Below are positions 58,601-64,000 of a stretch of DNA of 64,000 nucleotides, piece after piece (the first letter of the stretch is position 1; each line of letters starts with the position of its first letter). The notes under the pieces are model-generated. The model saw only the letters and a list, made by a program, of their open reading frames with translations. It ran no database searches and had not been told where the DNA came from. The position numbers and the translations under genes are program-made. Origin of the DNA: an uncultured Bacteroidota bacterium (GTDB lineage Bacteria > CLD3 > SB21); NCBI GenBank assembly GCA_964563165.1, contig CAZLWA010000005.1, positions 131,240-195,239 on the forward strand, given 5' to 3'.

Positions 58601-59336
58601 GGCTATTCTGAAGGCCAGGCTGCTTGATGAATTCCGAATACTGAATGATAAGAAGAACGAATACCTCGGCATCGTAGCCCATGACCTCAGAAACCCGCTC
58701 ACGGCAATCATGGGTTACTCAGAAATGCTAATCGCCGATATTAGATCAGGCCGCGTAGAGAAAGCGGAACTATTGGAAGATCTTGAAAAGGTTCATAAAA
58801 TCTCTAAGCATATGTCCTTTTTTATCAGTCAGCTTCTAGACATTGCGGCCATTGAATCCGGCAAGGTCCACCTTGAAAAACACTCCGAAAGTATCGCCAG
58901 GATAGTCGAAGATATTTCTCCGCTTCATTTCAGGCGGGCAGAGCAAAAAAATATTCGATTGACGATGGAATCTCTTGACGCATTACCACGCGTTCATGTT
59001 GACCGTTCGAAGATCGCGTCCGTCGTTGACAACTTACTGAGCAACGCCATAAAATATACTCACTCCGGTGGCAGGGTCCGAATTTTTGGCGAAGCGACTG
59101 TTTCTGAAATTCAAGTTCACATCGAAGATACGGGACAAGGCCTTACCTCGGATGATCTGAAAAAGATCTTTACCACGTTTACGAAACTTAGCGCAAAACC
59201 AACTGCAGGTGAATCGAGCACCGGCCTCGGCCTGGCCATTGTGAAAAAGATCGTCGAAATCCACGGCGGCCGGGCCTGGGTCAAGAGTGAACATGGCAAG
59301 GGCTCGACGTTCAGTTTTTCACTTCCAGTCGGATAA
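55605..59336 (+). CDS. Sensor histidine kinase with a periplasmic two-component-regulator beta-propeller, Y_Y_Y domain, transmembrane helix, coiled coil, GAF, HisKA and HATPase_c. It has no receiver domain.
   Basis: N-terminal signal/anchor, repeated propeller blades, the Y_Y_Y segment (FRYRLNGFDTDW...YSFEV) and a transmembrane helix (WWAYTIYVLIFSGCVAGFI). H-box LGIVAHDLRNPL. The C-terminal GLGLAIVKKIVEIHGG matches HATPase_c. Confidence 0.85.
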   Translation: MNRSTVTKGNDHLSFGILLVSILISFPVDQCPLIAQESGLPLSRYFNANQYGAHNQNWAVAQDSSGVMFFGNTSGILRYDGSEWQMYPTPKGGIVRSLSLGASQKMYAGAYAEFGYLKGDEFGRLRWIALSDSLPKVLRDFSDVWKIHVTPRGVFFTSPQHVFLYTHDDRFIASWKPAHRFRFSYWLRDRFIVQDEQTGLREVSGDSLIFVAGSEALAGSQIYAMLPHADNAILIQTRSSGTWLWEKDQFKKISWEAGRYLEEQQVYGGILTSWGQYMFNTLRNGVVLTEQDGRIVQIYNKQSGLQDNTVYDIFTDRTEGIWLAMNRGILRADLFAPFTYWDESMGLEGAVYSVARHAAKLYAGTSIGVFSLEKNNLEKPWVFKKLNEPQGQCWSLLTHDGNLLAASRNGIYEISGSRVRRVTDAYAFLLSPSKLDPSIIYVGLSNGLGRLRRTPDGYVFDRIDQAIREEIRYIAEEKDGSVWIAGGFDGFQRLLPDGSVRDYHPNLQPRARRNRLFTTTQGVLFVTDRGLMRFRPAADIFENDTVIAPLLPESGKFLLRMSEDSVGHLWIGLDEASNSDQAGKIHYKRNVGYSRFLLLRRISEFGNVSTIWNEGRSIWFGGYDGLLRYKSSSALTNIDPKPAEAYPPIVLTVHMKNDSLIYVGQGVSEQLLEIDYSMNEVRFAFADPGNLSLKRPQFRYRLNGFDTDWIQSEEFKKTYTFLPEGSYSFEVTSTEAHYTGQPTTFPFVIAPPLYRTWWAYTIYVLIFSGCVAGFIRFQTKKTKIRAKLLIESQREAARIKVAELRALAAEAQTKSYQSEIENAKQLAAINATLAEKNSQLEVLNDQMEKTVNVVRSLNSAIALHDLLNSILEKTQAITNVKTASVLAWDTPTKKFKFKACIGVEFEKLESIELTQDEVLERYVKDGAEIEQDIWVVRNITGRVAQNKFDQLPPLDSLLVVCLRGGTQIEGYLLFDNIQSVDLGKQDILLLKNLKEHLHWAILKARLLDEFRILNDKKNEYLGIVAHDLRNPLTAIMGYSEMLIADIRSGRVEKAELLEDLEKVHKISKHMSFFISQLLDIAAIESGKVHLEKHSESIARIVEDISPLHFRRAEQKNIRLTMESLDALPRVHVDRSKIASVVDNLLSNAIKYTHSGGRVRIFGEATVSEIQVHIEDTGQGLTSDDLKKIFTTFTKLSAKPTAGESSTGLGLAIVKKIVEIHGGRAWVKSEHGKGSTFSFSLPVG

Positions 59337-59405
59337 TATTTCACTTATTTTGTATTACACAAGTTTTACGCGACCCTAAAATATATCCAAAAAACTGAGG
59401 TTTAT

Positions 59406-61049
59406 ATGTTGAAGAAACCCGTTAAATTATTCTTCTTCGTTTTTCTGTTCTTACTCTCCTGTTCGCAGAATTCAAAGCCTTCACTTGAAACCAATATCAA
59501 ATCCCATGATGATCTGGTTAAGTTTTTCCAGGCGTGGCGGACGTTTAATGAACCAATGATGCATGACGGCGTGCCGGATTACACAAAAGCTGCAATGGAC
59601 AAGCAGTATAAAGAATTACCCGGCTGGCAGGCGCGATTGAAGTCCATTGACACGACCGGCTGGCCGGTATCAGATAAAATTGACTGGACCCTGATTTGGG
59701 CTGAAATGAATGGAATGAATTTTGAGCATCGGGTCACACAGCCATGGGTGCGCGATCCGGCCTACTATGTCTGGTTCTATCCCGACCTGGCCGATACACC
59801 AACCCGTGAAGGGCCGACCATTCACGGCAATATAGAATACGCGTATTTCAGTCAGCCGTTGTCAGACACGGATGCCGCGTCCATTGCTGAGCGCTTACGC
59901 AAAACACGCGCTGTGTATGAACGAGCTAAGATCAATTTGACCGGTAACGCGCGTGATCTGTGGGTTCTCGGAATCAGAAGCATTAAAGCTCAAAGTGAGG
60001 ATCTGACACGCTTCGCCCAATCAGTTGAAACAAAACATCCCGACTTAGCCTCGGCAGCTGTAGAGGCGGCGAAGGCATCGGATCAATTCGCCGGGTGGCT
60101 GGAAAAGCAAGCGGCCTCCAAGACCGGCCCTTCCGGTATCGGGAAAGACAATTACAATTGGTATTTGAAGAATGTGCATCTGCGGAATTTTACCTGGGAT
60201 GAGGAGGTGTTGCTGTTGCAGCGTGAATTAGCGCGTGCGCATACCTCCTTGCGGCTCGAAGAAAACCGGAACCGTAAATTGCCTAAGCTGTCTTCCATGG
60301 CCAATGCGGCAGAATATGACCGCCGTATGAATGAAGCGGTTGATGAATATGCAGCATTTCTCAAAAAGCAGGAGATCTTCACAATTAAGGAATATGTTGA
60401 ACCGGCGCTCAGGAATCGGGTCGGGAAATATTCAGAATCCAGCGGCCTGCGCAATTTTTTTGCGGAGATCACGTATCGAGGACCGATCGTGATGCGAACG
60501 CATGACACACACTGGATCGAATTAGCCCGCATGCGCGAAGAACCGCATCTCAATCCGATTCGACGACAAGCTTTACTTTACAACATTTTTGACGGCCGTT
60601 CTGAAGGTTTGGCAACCGCCATGGAAGAAATGATGATGCACTCAGGCTTCCTTGATGAAAAACCCAGGGCGCGCGAATTGATCTGGATGCTGCTTGCCAT
60701 GCGCGCCGCACGGGGGTTGGGCGGGCTTTATCAGCATGGTTTGGAAATGACATTTGATGAAGCTACGCAATTTGCCTCGAAATGGACGCCCTGGGGATTA
60801 CTGCCCGCTGACGGCTCAACGATCCAGTGGGAAGAACATTTTTACCTGCGGCAGCCGGCCTATGGCGAAAGCTATAATATCGGTAAGATTGAAATTGAAG
60901 AACTTATTACTGAATACGCGCGGCAAAGAGAAGGCCGTTTTGTTCTGAAAGAATTCATGAATCATTTATTTAACTCAGGTGTCATCCCGGTCTCGCTGCT
61001 TTATTGGGAAATGACGGGTGAAAAAGCAAACAAAACGGAAGCACGCTAG
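59406..61049 (+). CDS. Secreted lipoprotein, possibly DUF885-like; hypothetical.
   Basis: Lipobox MLKKPVKLFFFVFLFLLSC. Length 547 aa. The EGLATAMEEMMMH segment is reminiscent of the DUF885 EGWA.Y.E region, but the match is weak. Confidence 0.4.
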   Translation: MLKKPVKLFFFVFLFLLSCSQNSKPSLETNIKSHDDLVKFFQAWRTFNEPMMHDGVPDYTKAAMDKQYKELPGWQARLKSIDTTGWPVSDKIDWTLIWAEMNGMNFEHRVTQPWVRDPAYYVWFYPDLADTPTREGPTIHGNIEYAYFSQPLSDTDAASIAERLRKTRAVYERAKINLTGNARDLWVLGIRSIKAQSEDLTRFAQSVETKHPDLASAAVEAAKASDQFAGWLEKQAASKTGPSGIGKDNYNWYLKNVHLRNFTWDEEVLLLQRELARAHTSLRLEENRNRKLPKLSSMANAAEYDRRMNEAVDEYAAFLKKQEIFTIKEYVEPALRNRVGKYSESSGLRNFFAEITYRGPIVMRTHDTHWIELARMREEPHLNPIRRQALLYNIFDGRSEGLATAMEEMMMHSGFLDEKPRARELIWMLLAMRAARGLGGLYQHGLEMTFDEATQFASKWTPWGLLPADGSTIQWEEHFYLRQPAYGESYNIGKIEIEELITEYARQREGRFVLKEFMNHLFNSGVIPVSLLYWEMTGEKANKTEAR

Positions 61050-61058
61050 CGTATCCAC

Positions 61059-62195
61059 TCAGGGACGGATGTTCTGTAATTGCGTCTTGACGGTTCGGGC
61101 TAAAGCGATCGCCTTTTCAATATCGTGATCTAATACATTAACATGACCCATCTTTCGGCCCTGACGCGCCTGCCTTTTGCCGTAGAGATGCAGTTTCACA
61201 TTCGCATATTTCAACACATTTTCCCACTGAGGTTTGGAATTTCCCCAGAGATCACCTAGCAAATTTATCATCACCACCGGGGAGAGCAGCCGCGTATCGC
61301 CGGGCGGAAGTCCGCACAGCGTGCGCACCTGTTGTTCGAACTGATTCGTTGCGCAGGCGTCGAGTGTAAAATGGCCGCTGTTGTGCGGCCGGGGAGCGAC
61401 TTCGTTGACGAGTAAACGTCCATCCGGCATGACAAAGAATTCAACTGCCATCACGCCGTGATAATTCATTTTTTCGGATATGGCGGAGGCGGTTTTTACG
61501 GATTCATCCGCAATTTTTTTTGCGATACGCGCGGGAACGATCGACGTATCGAGAATGCCGTTGACGTGAATATTTTCAATCGGCGGATAAGCGGAAATTT
61601 CTCCGTTAATACCTCGCGCCAGAACGACGGAAATTTCTTTTTCAAACAACAGCATTTCTTCAAGAACGCACGGAACCGATCCCATTGTTTCAAAAGCCTT
61701 GACGGCTTCATCGAGGGCATTGACTTTCCACTGTCCTTTACCGTCATAGCCTAAACGGCTGCGTTTGAGTATCGCGGGGGTTCTGATCGAGCTCAATGCA
61801 TCAGGCAGATCGTTTTTAGTCAGAATTTCCGCGAGGCGATTGGTGGGAAATCTATTTTGCTTTAAAAATGATTTCTCATTAATACGGTCTTGCGTAATTT
61901 TCACGGCGTCTGCGGAAGGGCGGACAAAACACGATTGGGTCAGCAACTCCAGGGTATCTGCGGGAACATTTTCAAATTCGGTCGTTATCGCAGCGCAAGT
62001 CTGACTTAAACGCTGCAATGCCGGGACATCGTGAAAATCCGTTTGAATATGTTCGTCGGCAATGCGGCCTGCCGGGCTTTCCGGATCGGGGTCCAGGACC
62101 ATCACGCGGTAACCCATTGTGCGCGCGGCAACGGTGAACATCCGCCCCAATTGCCCGCCGCCCAGCATTCCTAATGTCGCTCCCGGAAGGATCAT
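61059..62195 (-). CDS. purK: N5-carboxyaminoimidazole ribonucleotide synthase.
   Basis: LGMLGGGQLGRM N-terminus and ATP-grasp core. Length 378 aa. Adjacent to purE. Confidence 0.85.
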   Translation of the reverse strand: MILPGATLGMLGGGQLGRMFTVAARTMGYRVMVLDPDPESPAGRIADEHIQTDFHDVPALQRLSQTCAAITTEFENVPADTLELLTQSCFVRPSADAVKITQDRINEKSFLKQNRFPTNRLAEILTKNDLPDALSSIRTPAILKRSRLGYDGKGQWKVNALDEAVKAFETMGSVPCVLEEMLLFEKEISVVLARGINGEISAYPPIENIHVNGILDTSIVPARIAKKIADESVKTASAISEKMNYHGVMAVEFFVMPDGRLLVNEVAPRPHNSGHFTLDACATNQFEQQVRTLCGLPPGDTRLLSPVVMINLLGDLWGNSKPQWENVLKYANVKLHLYGKRQARQGRKMGHVNVLDHDIEKAIALARTVKTQLQNIRP

Positions 62196-62292
62196 AATAA
62201 ATACTTTAACCGCAAAGGACGCAAAGAAAATTTAATCAAAGTTCGCAAAGAATTTAAACTTACTTTGAGCCTTCGTGTCTTTGTGGCAGAAT

Positions 62293-62781
62293 TTATTTCG
62301 GTAATTTGATTTTTAAAACTTTTTGTCCTTGTTCCCTGCGAAACTTGTCAAGCCGTTTGGCTAATTTCTGGTCATGGCGCGCCAGCAAAGCCACGGCAAA
62401 CAATCCGGCATTGGCGGCGCCTGCTTCGCCGATGGCAAATGTCGCCACCGGAATACCCTTCGGCATTTGCACGATTGAGAGCAGCGAATCTATTCCTTTT
62501 AAATGTTTTGACGGAATCGGAACGCCCAGGATCGGCACGCTTGTTTTCGCGGCGAGCATACCGGGTAAATGCGCTGCGCCGCCCGCGCCGGCGATAATGC
62601 ACACGAGCCCGTGTTTTTGAGCCGTCTCGGCGTATGCGAACAATAAATTCGGTGTGCGATGGGCAGAAACGACTCTCGCTTCATACGGAATTCCAAAACT
62701 CTTTAATTGTCCGACAGCGTACTGCATCACTTCCCAGTCACTGTCGCTCCCCATGACGACACCCACCAACGGTTTTTTCAT
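62293..62781 (-). CDS. purE: N5-carboxyaminoimidazole ribonucleotide mutase.
   Basis: [14 protein letters not shown]...AHRTP...[18 protein letters not shown]. Length 162 aa. Confidence 0.9.
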   Translation of the reverse strand: MKKPLVGVVMGSDSDWEVMQYAVGQLKSFGIPYEARVVSAHRTPNLLFAYAETAQKHGLVCIIAGAGGAAHLPGMLAAKTSVPILGVPIPSKHLKGIDSLLSIVQMPKGIPVATFAIGEAGAANAGLFAVALLARHDQKLAKRLDKFRREQGQKVLKIKLPK

Positions 62782-63007
62782 AAAGTCCTATGTGTTTGGA
62801 TTTATATGTTCCACCGGTTCTCGGCCGCACTTCGCGGGAATTAAAAAGATAACTGTGAAGAAAAGTAAGCAAAAAAAATTGTGATGACAAATGATTTATG
62901 ACAAATAGCGGGTAAAATAACTTAAGCGTGCTGTCAGATAGAAATTCAAAACCGCCCTTTAATTTCCTTCGGCAGGCTCCGGGCAATCCGGTGATTGATT
63001 AAGACAA

Positions 63008-63880
63008 TCAAGGCAGAGCAGCGGAGGTTTTGAGATTGTTCGCCGATTCCCAGCCGAGCAGTAATTTTTTTCTCATCGGGCCGTAGTGGTAATTTCCAAA
63101 CTCGCCGATCTTTTTGATGACGCGATGGCAAGGAATGATGAAAGGAATCGGATTTTGCCCGACGGCATTACCGACGGCGCGCGAAGCTTTTGGCAGGCCG
63201 ATTGATTTGGCAATATCCTCGTAAGTTACAACATGGCCTTCCGGAATTTTCAACAGGGCTTCCCAAACCTTGATTTGAAAATTTGTTCCGTTCAAATGCA
63301 GGTTCAGCGGTTCATCACCCGCATTCAAATTGAAGATTTTTTTTATGAAGGGTTTGATCGTTGGCGCGCTTTCGATCATTTTCGATTTTTGCCAATGGCC
63401 CTTCAATTCTTTCAGTGCTGATTTCCGGTCTTTTTTCATAACGAAACCAAAAAAACAAATTCCTTTTGGCGTCACGCCGATCAGGCATTCGCCGAAGGGC
63501 GTGGGATGAAATCCGTAAAGAATCGTAATACCTTCACCTTTGCTTTTATATTCGCCGGGCGTAACCGCTTCACAATTGATAAAAAGGTCGTGAAGCCTTC
63601 CCGGGCTGGATAATCCCGATTCATAAGTCACATCCAGAATATTCAGCGAACCTTCCAGCAGCGACTTCGCGTGTTCTTTGGTGAGGAACTGCAAAAATCG
63701 CTTCGGGCTGATCCCGACCCAGCGTGTAAAAAGCCTCTGAAAATGGTACTCGCTGATATACGCGCTTTGGGCAATTTCCTTCAAACTGGGCTGACGTTGA
63801 AAATTCTTTTCCAGAAAGATCAGCGATTTTTCAATGCGCGAATAATCTTCAGCCGACTGGGAGAAATCAGTTACCTGCAT
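63008..63880 (-). CDS. AraC-type HTH fused to methylated-DNA-protein-cysteine methyltransferase (Ada-like / Ogt).
   Basis: N-terminal AraC HTH (ISEYHFQRLFTRWVGISPKRF). C-terminal MGMT domain with the active-site IPCHRVI. Confidence 0.8.
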   Translation of the reverse strand: MQVTDFSQSAEDYSRIEKSLIFLEKNFQRQPSLKEIAQSAYISEYHFQRLFTRWVGISPKRFLQFLTKEHAKSLLEGSLNILDVTYESGLSSPGRLHDLFINCEAVTPGEYKSKGEGITILYGFHPTPFGECLIGVTPKGICFFGFVMKKDRKSALKELKGHWQKSKMIESAPTIKPFIKKIFNLNAGDEPLNLHLNGTNFQIKVWEALLKIPEGHVVTYEDIAKSIGLPKASRAVGNAVGQNPIPFIIPCHRVIKKIGEFGNYHYGPMRKKLLLGWESANNLKTSAALP

Positions 63881-64000
63881 TCTTAGTTCCTTTCATTTGC
63901 CATGATCGTAAAGTTTCATGACATAAGCCATGAACTTGTTCGCGATCGAATTGGACCCTACTTCATTTCCTGACGTTCCATAACATCAGCCATCAGATTT

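Noticed and set aside
62196-62292. Direct repeats CGCAAAGAA(A)ATTTAA twice in the purK-purE spacer.
   Set aside because: They are short and AT-rich and sit inside a probably co-transcribed gap, with nothing supporting a function. Noted only.
62782-63007. Possible purine riboswitch in the purE 5' leader.
   Set aside because: I reverse-complemented the leader and found no purine-aptamer core. There are no UAUA...GGGA...CCC segments and no conserved J2-3 or P1. Only a small CCGC/GCGG hairpin and an AGGAC Shine-Dalgarno-like site are present.
1-64000. tRNA or rRNA genes, CRISPR arrays, transposases, integrases, or prophage.
   Set aside because: I scanned for T-loop GTTCGAATC-type motifs, regular repeat-spacer periodicity and IS or recombinase ORFs, and found none. 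The window looks like core chromosome.
63900-64000. Possible 3' end of another minus-strand gene (...NLMADVMERQEMK*) at the window edge.
   Set aside because: It is only about 13 codons before the window ends. It cannot be identified or confirmed.

Overview
This 64 kb window looks like core chromosome of a Gram-negative bacterium (LptF/G, RNase R, and LPS-heptose hldE/hldD are present). Genes are densely packed, and GGAGG-type Shine-Dalgarno sites and GTG/TTG start codons are common. The centre is a 13-gene NADH:quinone oxidoreductase (nuo) operon on the + strand, nuoA-C-D-E-F-G-H-I-J-K-L-M-N, from about 9.9 to 29.5 kb.

The operon is unusual in three ways:
- nuoB is absent; nuoC follows nuoA after 36 nt.
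- Two lipoprotein genes lie between nuoF and nuoG.
- A secreted alpha/beta hydrolase and a 1122-aa Zn-ribbon/TPR/double-AAA+ ClpA/C-type ATPase lie between nuoM and nuoN.

Upstream of the operon (all minus strand, in this order from the window start):
- Partial queD, a 78-aa ORF, a REC-GGDEF response regulator and a cytoplasmic vWA protein form one apparent operon.
- A lipoprotein, a TPR protein (+), fur (+), a FemAB-family gene, a DUF393 thiol-disulfide oxidoreductase, an EamA transporter and a stand-alone C-terminal half of carB follow.

Downstream of the operon:
- ddl, a crotonase, a DUF3592 membrane protein, an EF-G paralog, a SirB1-like protein and a DUF2400 (HhH-GPD/FeS glycosylase-like) protein.
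- A minus-strand operon: SplB/PA0069-type radical SAM, GAF sensor kinase, endonuclease III and a small membrane Cys-rich protein.
- A long transketolase-family protein and a polysaccharide deacetylase.
- LptF/G and RNase R.
- An LPS/O-antigen-type block: MOP flippase, GT4 glycosyltransferase, hldE, threonine dehydratase, hldD.
- An IDH/IMDH-family dehydrogenase and a membrane protein.
- A 3' pseudogene fragment of a histidine kinase.
- A 1243-aa beta-propeller/Y_Y_Y sensor kinase.
- A secreted DUF885-like lipoprotein, purK, purE, and an AraC-MGMT (Ada-like) gene.

I found no tRNA or rRNA genes, CRISPR arrays, transposases or integrases. CDS coordinates follow the supplied ORF track, with start refinements where noted; features I placed by hand are approximate to a few nt.
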